From Antedon mediterranea (taxonomy: Eukaryota > Animalia > Echinodermata): a stretch of 64,000 bases of DNA. The position numbers were made by a program, and so were the translations under genes. Under the pieces are notes generated by a model that saw only the letters and a program-made list of their open reading frames with translations, had not been told where the DNA came from and searched no databases. Shown here piece by piece: positions 41,501-54,312 of this stretch. The DNA is taken from assembly GCF_964355755.1 (NCBI RefSeq), contig NC_092675.1:9915812-9979811 (forward strand). Direction: 5' to 3'. The first letter of the stretch is position 1; each line of letters starts with the position of its first letter.

Positions 41501-44500
41501 TCATTTTAAAACCGTCAACATGTTAAAAATTGCAATAAATAGCGGGTCCCGTAATTTCACCTATTCTACACTGTATGTGATATGGATACAGATTATACTG
41601 TGTATACTACAGTATATATGAATTTAAACAATAAATTTCAGCAATAACAACATATCATATTCTTCAGTTCAGGTCATAATGCCAACGTGAACACTTCCTT
41701 TTGTCCTCAACCTATCCCCTTAATGTTAATGTTGCACCACTTGCGCGGCGGATAACCAAACTCGTCAAAGTGACGAGTTACATGTCTAGTCTTTTTCTTA
41801 ATCTTCTTTCTTTCTGTATGATTTTTGTGTAACGCTTTTCTCTAAAACTTGCAAACATAACATTTTGTTAACTATGTTAACATTTTGACATTTATGTAAC
41901 GTCGTCAAGCGAAGCTTTTCATGATGTTTACAATCGCGCAACGTGACGTACGCGCGATTTAACGATTTTCTCGTATTTAACATATGTCGAAAACCAAATA
42001 ACATTTAAAAGTGAAACTTTGCAAAAGTTTAATTTATATCATGCGCTAACCTTCTGTTGAAAAAAAATTGCGTGTTTTACACAAAGTTACGCGCGCACGC
42101 GCATTTAAAATTTCAAAATGCGCAAAATTAATTTCTAATCAACTTTCTACGCGTTTCATGTCGGTTTAAGCATGTCAAAAATTCCCACGCATGCGCACAA
42201 TTTTACGTGTGCGGAGCGCACGTAGCATTGAAAACGTATTTTTTTCGCGTGATTTATGATTTTCCAGCCTTTTCTAGTAATTTTACCAAATTTTAAACAA
42301 TTTTGACTTAAAGATACGTCATACGAGCACGTCGAATTGGACAATTTGCGCGCGTTTTTTATGAAAACGTTAAAAAATTCGTTTAAAATATGCCTTTTTT
42401 AAAACAGTCGTAATTTCTAAACTAAACGGTCAACTTTTTGTGGATGGCATTTTCTGGAAGTAGATGAGTTGTAGATATTGGATCAGGTATTAATATGGCT
42501 AACCGGACATTGTGATGTCATCGTATGGCCACGCAAATATAAAATTTAGGATTTTGTATCTTTCGTCATAGCTCATCACATTGAATAGAGCGCATCTCCA
42601 CTTATCCGTTTTCCATTTTCACCCCGATTTTGATATTGTCTAGGTCAATCAACTATCTTTCACATGAGTTAAAAATATTCTAATTTTTTTTACGTCATCG
42701 TGCTTAAAAATTTAAATCACGTGTGGCATTAATTTCATCTTTACAGTAAATTTTAATCTGTTATAGCTCGTAAGAATAAAATGTGATAATCACGATTAAA
42801 ACTTTTTCTGGAAGCTATTGGACTGTAGATACGAAATTATGTAAAAATGTTGCCAATCGGATGTTGTGACGTCATCATATGGCCAGTTAAATAAAAAAGG
42901 TCGTATTTTCATCTTTTGCGTCATAATTCATTACATTTAAAAGAGCGCGCATCAATATTTCACGTATTCAAATTTCTTCTACACGCTAATACGTTGTTGC
43001 TGAGATAATTTCCTTTCGGAATTGGTACCTTCGCGTTTCATTTTAAAACCGTCAACATGTTAAAAAATTGCAATAAATAGCGGGTCCCGTAATTTCACCT
43101 ATTCTACACTGTATGTGATATGGATACAGATTATACTGTGTATACTATATATGAATTTAAATAATAAAATTCAGCAATAACAACATATCATATTCTTCAG
43201 TTCAGGTCATAATGCCAACGTGAACACTTCCTTTTGTCCTCAACCTATCCCCTTAATGTTAATGTTGCACCACTTGCGCGGCGGATAACCAAACTCGTCA
43301 AAGTGACGAGTTACATGTCTAGTCTTTTTCTTAATCTTCTTTCTTTCTGTATGATTTTTGTGTAACGCTTTTCTCTAAAACTTGCAAACATAACATTTTG
43401 TTAACTATGTTAACATTTTGACATTTATGTAACGTCGTCAAGCGAAGCTTTTCATGATGTTTACAATTGCGCAACGTGACGTACGCGCAATTTAACGATT
43501 TCCTCGTATTTAACATATGTCGAAAACCAAATAACATTTTAAAGTGAAACTTTGCAAAAGTTTAATTTATATCATGCGCTAACTTTCTGTTGAAAAAAAA
43601 TTGCGTGTTTTACACAAAGTTACGCGCGCACGCGCATTTAAAATTTCAAAATGCGCAAAATTAATTTATAATCAACTTTCTACGCGTTTCATGTCGTTTT
43701 AAGCATGTCAAAAATTCCCACGCGTGCGCACATTTTTACGTGTGCGGTGCGCACGTAGCATTGAAAACGTATTTTTATCGCGTGATTTATGTTTTTCCAG
43801 CATTTTCTAGTAATTTTACCAAATTTTGAACAATTTCGACTTAAAGATACGTCATACGAGAACGTCGAATTGGACAATTTGCGCGCGTTTTTTATGAAAA
43901 GGTTAAAAAATTCGTTTAAAATATGCCTTTTTTTAAACAGTCGTAATTTCTAAACTAGACGGTCAACTTTTTGTGGATGACATATTCTGGAAGTAGATGA
44001 GTTGTAGATATCGGATCAGGTATTAATATGGCTAACCGGACATTGTGACGTCATCGTATGGCCACGCGAATATAAAATTTAGGATTTTTGTATCTTTCGT
44101 CATAGCTCATCACATTGAATAGAGCGCATCTCCACTTATTCGTTTTCCATTTTCACCCCGATTTTGATATTGTCTAGGTCAATCAACTATCTTTCGCATG
44201 AGTTAAAAATATTTTAATTTTTTTTACGTCATCATGCCTAAAAATTTAAATCACGTGTGGCATCAATTTCATCTTTACAGTAAATTTTAATCTGTTATAG
44301 CTCGTAAGAATAAAATGTGATAATCACGATTAAAACTTTTTCTGGAAGGTATTGGATTGTAGATACGAAATTATGTAAAAATTTTGCCAATCGGATGTTG
44401 TGACGTCATCATATGGTCAGTTAAATAAAAAAGGTCGTATTTTCATCTTTTGCGTCATAATTCATTACGTTTAAAAGAGCGCGCATCAATATTTCCCGCA

Positions 44501-47500
44501 TTCAAATTTCTTCTACACACTAATACGTTGTTGCTGAGATAATTTCCTTTCGGAATTGCTACCTTCGCGTTTCATTTTAAAACCGTCAATATGTTAAAAA
44601 TTGCAATAAATAGCGGGTCCCGTAATTTCACCTATTCTACACTGTATGTCACTGTATGTGATATGGATACAGATTATACTGTGTATACTACAGTATATAT
44701 GAATTTAAACAATAAATTTCAGCAATAACAACATATCATATTCTTCAGTTCAGGTCATAATGCCAACGTGAACACTTCCTTTTGTCCTCAACCTATCCCC
44801 TTAATGTTAATGTTGCACCACTTGCGCGGCGGATAACCAAACTCGTCAAAGTGACGAGTTACATGTCTAGTTCTTCTTTCTTTCTGTATGATTTTTGTGT
44901 AACGCTTTTCTCCAAAACTCGCAAACATAACATTTTGGTAACTATCTTACCATATTGACATTTACGTAACGTCGTCAAGCGAAGCTTTTCATGACGTTTA
45001 CAATTGCGCAACGTGACTTACGCGCGATTTAACGATTTTGTCGTATTTAACATAGCTCAACAACCAAATAACATTTCAACTTGAAACTTTGCAAAAGTTT
45101 AATTTATATCATGCGCTAACTTTCTGTTGAAAAAAAATTGCGTGTTATACACAAAGTTACGCGCGCACGCGCATTTAAAATTTCAAAATGCGCAAAATTA
45201 ATTTATAATCAACTTTCTACGCGTTTCATGTCGTTTTAAGCATGTCAAAAATTCCCACGCGTGCGCACATTTTTACGTGTGCGGTGCGCACGTAGAATTG
45301 AAAACGTATTTTTTTCGCGTGATTTATGTTTTTCCAGCCTTTTCTAGTAATTTTACCAAATTTTAAACAATTTTGACTTAAAGATACGTCATACGAGCAC
45401 ATCGAATTGGCCAATTTGCGCGCGTTTTTTATGAAAAGGTTAAAAAATTCGTTTAAAATATGACTTTTTTTAAACAGTCGTAATTTTTAAACTAGACGGT
45501 CAAATTTTTGTGGATGACATTTTCTAGAAGTAGATGAGTTGTAGATATCGGATCAGGTATTAATATGGCTAACCGGACATTGTGACGTCATCGTATGGCC
45601 ACGCGAATATAAAATTTATGATTTTTGTATCTTTTGTCATAGCTCATCACATTGAATAGAGCGCATCTCCACTTATCCGTTTTCCATTTTCACCCCGATT
45701 TTGATATTATGTAGGTCAATCAACTATCTTTCGCATGAGTTAAAAATATTTTAATTTTGTTGACGTCATCATGCCTAAAAATTTAAATCACGTGTGGCAT
45801 CACTTTCATCTTTACAGTAAATTTTAATCTGTTATAGCTCGTAAGAATAAAATTTGATAATCACGATTAAAACTTTTTCTGGAAGCTATTGGATTGTAGA
45901 TACGAAATTATGTAAAAATGTTGCCAATCGGATGTTGTGACGTCATCATATGGCCAGTTAAATAAAAAAGGTCATATTTTCATCTTTTGCGTCATAATTC
46001 ATTACATTTAAAAGAGCGCGCATCAATATTTCACGTATTCAAATTTCTTCTACACGCTAATACGTTGTTGCTGAGATAATTTCCTTCCGGAATTGCTACC
46101 TTCCCGTTTCATTTTAAAACCGTCAACATGTTAAAAATTGCAATAAATAGCGGGTCCCGTAAGTTCACATATTCTACACTGTATGTGATATGGATACAGA
46201 TTATACTGTGTATACTATATATGAATTTATATTTAGATAAAATTCAGCAATAACAACATATCATATTCTTCAGTTCAGGTCATAATGCCAACGTGAACAC
46301 TTCCTTTTGTCCTCAACCTATCCCCTTAATGTTAATGTTGCACCACTTGCGCGGCGGATAACCAAACTCGTCAAAGTGACGAGTTACATGTCTAGTTGGT
46401 TATCCGCAACGAAGTTGCAGGATAACCTCTTGTGATTGTACGAAATCATCATCATCTTTTTCTTAATCTTCTTTCTTTCTGTATGATTTTTGTGTAACGC
46501 TTTTCTCTAAAACTTGCAAACATAACATTTTGTTAACTATGTTAACATTTTGACATTTATGTAACGTCGTCAAGCGAAGCTTTTCATGATGTTTACAATT
46601 GCGCAACGTGACGTACGCGTGATTTAACGATTTTCTCATATTTAACATATGTCGAAAACCAAATAACATTTTAAAGTGAAACTTTGCAAAAGTTTAATCT
46701 ATATCATGCGCTAACTTTCTGTTGAAAAAAAATTGCGTGTTTTACACAAAGTTACGCGCGCATGCGCATTTAAAATTTCAAAATGCGCAAAATTAATTTC
46801 TAATCAACTTTCTACGCGTTTCATGTCGTTTTAAGCATGTCAAAAATTCCCACGCGTGCGCACATTTTTACGTGTGCGGTGCGCACGTAGCATTGAAAAC
46901 GTATTTTTTTCACGTGATTTATGTTTTTCCAGCCTTTTCTAGTAATTTTACCAAATTTTAAACAATTTCGACTAAAAGATACGTCATACGAGCACGTCGA
47001 ATTGGACAATTTGCGCGCGTTTTTTACGAAAAGGTTAAAAAATTTGTTTAAAATATGCCTTTTTTTAAACAGTCGTAATTTCTAAACTAGACGGTCAACT
47101 TTTTGTGGATGACATATTCTGGAAGTAGATGAGTTGTAGGTATCGGATCAGGTATTAATATGGCTAACCGGACATTGTGACGTCATCGTATGGCCACGCG
47201 AATATAAAATTTAGGATTTTTGTATCTTTCGTCATAGCTCATCACATTGAATAGAGCGCATCTTCACTTATTCGTTTTCCATTTTCACCCCCATTTTGAT
47301 ATTGTCTAGGTCAATCAATTATCTTTCGCATGAGTTAAAAATATTTTAATTTTTTTGACGTCATCATGCCTAAAAATTTAAATCACGTGTGGCATCAATT
47401 TCATCTTTACAGTAAATTTTAATCTGTTATAGCTCGTAAGAATAAAATGTGATAATCACGATTAAAACTTTTTCTGGAAGCTATTGGATTGTAGATACGA

Positions 47501-49539
47501 AATTATGTAAAAATGTTGCCCATCGGATGTTGTGACGTCATCATATGGCCAGTTAAATAAAAAAGGTCGTATTTTCATCTTTTGCGTCATAATTCATTAC
47601 ATTTAAAAGAGCGCGCATCAATATTTCACGTATTCAAATTTCTTCTACACGCTAATACGTTGTTGTTGAGATATTTTCCTTTCGGAATTTCTACCTTCGC
47701 GTTTCATTTTAAAACCGTCAACATGTTAAAAATTGCAATAAATAGCGGGTCCCGTAATTTCACCTATTCTACACTGTATGTCACTGTATGTGATATGGAT
47801 ACAGATTATACTGTGTATACTATATATGAATTTAAATAATAAAATTCAGCAATAACAACATATCATATTCTTCAGTTCAGGTCATAATGCCAACGTGAAC
47901 ACTTCCTTTTGTCCTCAACCTATCTCCTTAATGTTAATGTTGCACCACTTGCGCGGCGGATAACCAAACTCGTCAAAGTGACGAGTTACATGTCTAGTCT
48001 TAATCTTCTTTCTTTCTGTATGATTTTTGTGTAACGCTTTTCTCTAAAACTTGCAAACATAACATTTTGTTAACTATGTTAACATTTTGACATTTATGTA
48101 ACGTCGTCAAGCGAAGCTTTTCATGATGTTTACAATTGCGCAACGTGACGTACGCGCGATTTAACGATTTTCTCGTATTTAACATATGTCGAAAACCAAA
48201 TAACATTTTAAAGTGAAACTTTGCAAAAGTTTAATTTATATCATGCGCTAACTTTCTGTTGAAAAAAAATTGCGTGTTTTACACAAAGTTACGCGCGCAC
48301 GCGCATTTAAAATTTCAAAATGCGCAAAATTAATTTATAATCAACTTTCTACGCGTTTCATGTCGTTTTAAGCATGTCAAAAATTCCCACGTGTGCGCAC
48401 ATTTTTACGTGTGCGGTGCGCACGTAGCATTGAAAACGTATTTTTTTCGCGTGATTTATGTTTTTCCAGCCTTTTCTAGTAATTTTACCAAATTTTAAAC
48501 AATTTCGACTTAAAGATACGTCATACGAGCACGTCGAATTGGACAATTTGCGCGCGTTTTTTATGAAAAGGTTAAAAAATTCGTTTAAAATATGCCTTTT
48601 TTTAAACAGTTGTAATTTCTAAACTAGACGGTCAACTTTTTGTGGATGACATATTCTGGAAGTAGATGAGTTGTAGGTATCGGATCAGGTATTAATATGG
48701 CTAACCGGACATTGTGACGTCATCGTATGGCCACGCGAATATAAAATTTAGGATTTTTGTATCTTTCGTCATAGCTCATCACATTGAATAGAGCGCATCT
48801 CCACTTATTCGTTTTCCATTTTCACCCCGATTTTGATATTGTCTAGGTCAATCAACTATCTTTCGCATGAGTTAAAAATATTTTAATTTTTTTGACGTCA
48901 TCATGCCTAAATATTTAAATCACGTGTGGCATCAATTTCATCTTTACAGTAAATTTTAATCTGTTATAGCTCGTAAGAATAAAATGTGATAATCACGATT
49001 AAAACTTTTTCTGGAAGCTATTGGATTGTAGATACGAAATTATGTAAAAATGTTGCCCATCGGATGTTGTGACGTCATCATATGGCCAGTTAAATAAAAA
49101 AGGTCGTATTTTCATCTTTTGCGTCATAATTCATTACATTTAAAAAAGCGCGCATCAATATTTCACGTATTCAAATTTCTTCTACACGCTAATACGTTGT
49201 TGCTGAGATAATTTCCTTTCGGAATTGCTACCTTCGCGTTTCATTTTAAAACCGTCAACATGTTAAAAATTGCAATAAAAAGCGGGTCCCGTAATTTCAC
49301 CTATTCTACACTGTATGTCACTGAGCTGTATGTGATATGGATACAGATTATACTGTGTATACTATATATGAATTTAAATAATAAAATTCAGCAATAACAA
49401 CATATCATATTCTTCAGTTCAGGTCATAATGCCAACGTGAACACTTCCTTTTGTCCTCAACCTATCTCCTTAATGTTAATGTTGCACCACTTGCGCGGCG
49501 GATAACCAAACTCGTCAAAGTGACGAGTTACATGTCTAG
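38531..49539 (+). mobile_element. Array of seven ~1.55-kb non-autonomous Helitron/Helentron-like elements (tandem and nested)
   Basis: Each body ends GCGGATAACCAA-ACTCGTCAAAGTGACGAGT (hairpin)-TACATGT-CTAG|T, at 40221, 41789, 43322, 44870, 46395, 47997 and 49539. Heads TTGGTTATCCGC (inverted repeat of the 3' subterminal motif, with their own hairpin) at 38531, 38596, 38655, 40222 and 46396. Outer insertion at A|T without TSD; no long ORF. Confidence 0.85.
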
Positions 49540-50224
49540 TTATATTAACATTGTGCATTCTTATACAGTAACTAATTTTTTGCAATCTAAATACAATCAA
49601 GGACATATTCTTATAATATAAACACATTCTGTTTTGACTTTGGATAACATCATTAACATATTAATAATAAAATGTGATTAAAGTTGGCCTTCTATAACGT
49701 ATTGTTTTTAATTAGATTATTTTCAAAAATCATAATTTAATATTTGTTTAGTGAATTCTAGTACAAATGTTGATGATGAATAATTAAGTTTTAAATGACA
49801 ATAAAAACAACGAAAGTCTGCAGCTTCTAATGGGAAGTTGTTATTGATGACTGTTAAAATACACAGCTTCCTGCTGCTCAAAACTATTTAAAAGACTTCA
49901 TCAATTGTTTCATTCTTTAGACTTTAAATAGTTGTATTAAGGAATATTAATATATACAGGTAAAGCATTCACTTATTTTTTTCCATCCTATAATTTAATG
50001 CTATAACAATTCCTTTTAAAAACTTAACTATTAGCTAAATCCAATTCTAATACTAACTACTGAATATATATACTTTTTCGCAAATCAAAGACTATTCCCA
50101 TATGTCACAATTCAGTTACTCATTTAGGCAACCAAAAGTATTTAGCAGAATTGCAGTACACATAGTTTTTGCAGGAATTTTATTCCATGAAACTAATAAC
50201 TAAGTCTGTAGACTTGTTTTCAGA

Positions 50225-50410
50225 TGGGGTCCTCCTGGTGGTGAATAGGGCAGTACACCGGGAGACGATCCCATACTCTTGATAAAAGAGTGTACTGCAT
50301 TTTCTAATGTGCACATGAGCCATGTTGCACATAAGACCAACGGGTTGCACTATATATACCTACAAGTTGAAACACACAGAGAGTGCCGATGGGATTTGAA
50401 CCATGGACCA
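50225..50410 (-). mobile_element. Degenerate tRNA-derived SINE fragment
   Basis: Minus-strand B-box GGTTCAAATCCC (plus strand GGGATTTGAACC, ~50391-50402) next to a GC-richer body. Confidence 0.4.
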
Positions 50411-51259
50411 AAGAAAACCTATGATCTTTCAATGTTCAGTGCACGAAACAGTTTTAGTATTAAGCACTGTCAATGCTCAAAGCACTATAATAGTTTTGTT
50501 GTTGTTATGCTACATATATGCATACTTGCATGAGTGTATAGCTGGTATATCATGTACATGCTAATTATTGAATACTCAGTTAAATACTATATTTTATTGT
50601 GTATGTAGCTAGATCAGTAGCCTAAATTGTGCATACAGGTGAACTATTGTATGCTTACATCATCCATTTCTCTTGATTTCGGACTTCATCCGTAGCATAA
50701 ACAGTAAATAATATAAAAAACAATACTCAACAATCTAGACAACAGTTTAAAATTAAATTGAATCTAATAAACTATTTTTTTTGTATTTTGTTAAAATTTG
50801 AGATATTTCAAGATATGATCTAAACTACCTTATGTATTGGTCATACACATTATTTCTACAATTCTTTCAAATTATTATACAAAATAACAATTTTGATTGA
50901 TTTTCTAATCAATATAATCAATCATTTGGATTAAAGATGATCATTGTTGATGAAGAGCCTCAAGCTTGTCACCTGCTATTTACATACAACTAATACATTA
51001 TTTCTTAGTTTGAATAATTACTAATTGCTTACAGATTCTTGTTTGTTCAATTTCAAGCTTATATTCTAAACCATGGAGCAATATCATGATAATGTGATGA
51101 TTTATCAGTGATAAATAACAGTGACAGGAACCATGTTTTAAGTTAAATTTTTTGAAGGAATCAAGGAATGTTAATCGGTACTTTAATAGATCAGTCTCTG
51201 TTATTTACATTTCAAAATTATTTTTACAGTTTTATTTTTTCTCTCTTCTTTAAAATCAG

Positions 51260-51526
51260 AGTCGTCCCAAACTAATGAAAATCCACCATCATCTAAAATG
51301 TTAATAAATAATAACCAACCAATCACATCGCAAGAGCCTGAGAAGACTTCACCAGAAACGGTTCACGCAAGAATGAACGGTACACATCCATCAGATGAAT
51401 GGCCACCTCCGCCACCAGAATTGCATCTACAATTTGACGACCCAAAATCACCATTAATGTCGTCACCAAAATCGCCTAGCATACAAATACCAACACCACG
51501 TAAATTTAGTACTAGTCTTAAGCCAG
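51260..51526 (+). CDS. Host gene exon (Pro/Ser-rich, DEWPPPPP motif)
   Basis: aatcag|AG...CCA G|gtaaaa; 267 bp, phase 1-1; ESSQTNENPPSSKMLINNNQP...SDEWPPPPPELHLQFDDPKSPLMSSPKSP...SLKP. Confidence 0.82.
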
Positions 51527-51978
51527 GTAAAAACTATGCAAATTTGCTGTTTTGGTATTATACTATATAACTGTTTATTTATGAAATGCAGAGCTTAAAA
51601 AAATATTTTAAAAAGCAATTTTACAAATAATATTAGATACCTTTCGTAAAATTGACTACTGTATTCCATTTAGGATGTTTTATGGAAATTTACCTGCCAG
51701 CCTAGATCTTTTGTATAGTGTGAATATTTTGACTACAGGGAGACGGAATTAACCTCTCATATCTTGCATGTCTGTGTAAATTAAGCCTTTAAAGCACCGT
51801 TCCAATTAACACCTATACACAACTGGACACCCAATGCGCAACTGTAATATTTAGCTTTAACATTTAAAAGTAGGTCATGATATTCTACAATAATTTGGCC
51901 TAGATCATACAGTGACAAGGTATACAATATAGTAAATTGTGAGTAGACAATAAATGACACACAATAATACAAATATAA

Positions 51979-52879
51979 AGCCCCTTTCACACAGAGCTGT
52001 AAGACGGTAATATTGCGGTAATTCGCGAACGCCGGCTTATGTGTGAAAGGGTAAAAACCCCTTAATGCCGGCTTCCGTTAGACCGCCTCTGGACCTAGTA
52101 AAATTGCGGTAATATTACCGTCACGGTCGTAAGCCTGATCTGTGTGAAAGAGTCCACGATATAACGCCTGCTTACGCAGTGAAGCAAGGATAAATTCGGG
52201 ACATTTTCCTTGATTGAGAAAGACTGTGGCAATTACTTTAGGCCAAATTATTAGATTATATCCATATATATATATTTTTAGGTTAGTTTATAAATAATAC
52301 AATGGAAGAATACGGCCATAATAATAACAATATAACAGATGTTGGTCCAAAGATTATTTAACTTGCTGTAATGTACGTAAGCCTAGGCCCTAGTTAGCAT
52401 AGTTCTAGCAGGAACATCCTCCGGTGCGCGCTCCCGGTGCTAGCTCATAACAGCTTCTGATAATTAAATTCGCGTCTATTTGTAGGCCTAATAGATTTTG
52501 TTTCTGTAAAATGGCAATCACGATCGGGCAGTTATTAGCACGGAGTGGTGTTGGGCAAAAATATAGGTTTTATGCATCGTAACCAATAAAACCAATAAAA
52601 CTAAACGACGGACACACAAAACAACATCAGCAAACATGTGCGCGCATGGCATGTTTTGTCGCCGGCGGCGGACGAGGTGCCCGCCATTTTTTTTTCTCAA
52701 AAAGTGCGACTTCTATTTTATGAAGACAGTAATGTTTAAATTGCGCCTTTTCACTGTGGCCTTTCACACAGAAAACGGTAAAATTACCGTAATATTACCT
52801 TCTGTGTGAATGGGTTTAGACCGGCAATAACGCCGGCTTGCTTACCGCAATATTGCCAAAGTTCTGTGTGAAAAGGCCT
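51979..52879. mobile_element. Non-autonomous Harbinger-like MITE
   Basis: TIRs AGCCCCTTTCACACAGAGCT / AGTTCTGTGTGAAAAGGCCT, subterminal GGTAATATTGCGGTAA / TTACCGCAATATTGCC, internal TGTGTGAAAG repeats, TAA/TAT flanks. Confidence 0.75.
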
Positions 52880-53258
52880 TATGAAATATATTTTTAAAAT
52901 AGTGCAATCATTTTTTTTAGGTTGACAGGAAAAATTGAAATACATTTGGTATTATATCAATTGATAAATTACATAGTTAAAGTTGTTATTATGTAGACAT
53001 TTCTCTTCTAAAGCATGCTAGTGCATTCCAATTACGATATACCAACCTTACTCTCTAGGGTAGCATTCACAACATTCTTTCTTGGTTTATCAAAATATTA
53101 ATAAATGGTTCCTTAATCTGGAAAAATAACCATTTAGCCTTTATGAATCCTCTTAGTATTCATTATTGACAAGTTTATCATATCGTAAAGAAGTGTGACA
53201 TTACTACTTCTACTACTTGAAACTACTCCACTTTTTAAATTGTTGTTTGGATATATAG

Positions 53259-53407
53259 CTCTTTGGTCACCAGTGAAAACGAATGGCTCAACAAATGAAG
53301 GCAATGAAGAAAGGACTTTAAAAGTAGTGCCAGCAGTTTGGAGTCCTCAAGGAGATGTAACAAAACAGTTCAAGCCTGTGAAGGTAGAACTCACCCAGCC
53401 CAAGAAG
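53259..53407 (+). CDS. Host gene exon (two WSP motifs); probable GC donor
   Basis: atatag|CT CTT TGG...AAG AAG|gcaagt; phase 1-0; ALWSPVKTNGSTNEGNEERTLKVVPAVWSPQGDVTKQFKPVKVELTQPKK. An alternative GT donor lies after 53383. Confidence 0.72.
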
Positions 53408-53900
53408 GCAAGTGGACTTACCTGCTGCTATATTTAAACACTAGATGTTCTTCTTCATTCTCTCTTGTCATTCTGCTCTACTCTTTTGTGCATTTATTTC
53501 CATTATGCTTTTTTCCTCTGCTTGTTCTTTCATTTTCTATCTTTCCTTTTTATGTACTGCATTCATTCATTTTCCTCTTCTTTATCAGTCGTGCTCTTTC
53601 CTGCTTTTTGTGCTATTCCTTAATTCTGTTATTGTTTTCTCCTGATTGTTTTAGATACCTTCCATCTTGCTGTAATCTTTCTAACTCATTCTGTTTCTTC
53701 ATGCTAATATTTGTGTTATCATTTCATTCCAAAATTTAATTTTCTGATGTATTATATAGTTATTGAGAACTATCAATTTGAATTTCAATAATGTTCTCAA
53801 TTAATATCAAACACTTTTATAAATTCTTGTGGAGCAACCAATAATCCAAACTAAACATTTTAATTTCATAAAGTTTTTTACAATTAATGTCATTCTGTAG

Positions 53901-54312
53901 GTAAAATCTCCTGAGCCTCCACTCATATCGCCTGAGGAATCTGTACCAGTCGAGAAGGCTCCAAACACATTCACTAGCCCACCACCATTCAAACCGGCTT
54001 CCAGTGTCAGCAGCTCTCCCCCTTCCATAACCACACCGACACCCGTTGTATTTAGCCAGACGCCTGTTGTATTTAGCCCGACGCCTGTTGTATTCAGCCC
54101 GACACCAGTGACGTTTAGTCCGAAGCCTATATCTTTCACTCCAACACCAACTGTTCCTAGTCCGACACCAGTCATATTTCCCAAGATGCCTACACCTCCG
54201 ACTACAACACCAGTACCTTTACAGAATGGAATTGTGCATAGCCCAACGAATGAAACAGTACAGGAGCCCACTAGTCCAAAACAGCAGATAACACAACAAT
54301 TTGCTAGCCCAG
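53901..54312 (+). CDS. Host gene exon (Pro/Thr/Ser-rich with TPVVFSP repeats)
   Basis: ttctgtag|GTA AAA TCT...CCA G|gtaaaa; 412 bp, phase 0-1; VKSPEPPLISPEESVP...TPVVFSQTPVVFSPTPVVFSPTPVTFSP...QQFASP. Confidence 0.82.

Noticed and set aside
38652-48546. Recurrent 60-85 aa ORFs (MSNSTCSY..., MLFGFRHM...) as a tandem gene family
   Set aside because: They recur only because the DNA unit repeats; mostly non-ATG starts and no domain motifs.
53338-53739. Hydrophobic Phe/Leu/Ser-rich ORFs suggesting a membrane protein
   Set aside because: Produced by a low-complexity pyrimidine-rich intron tract.
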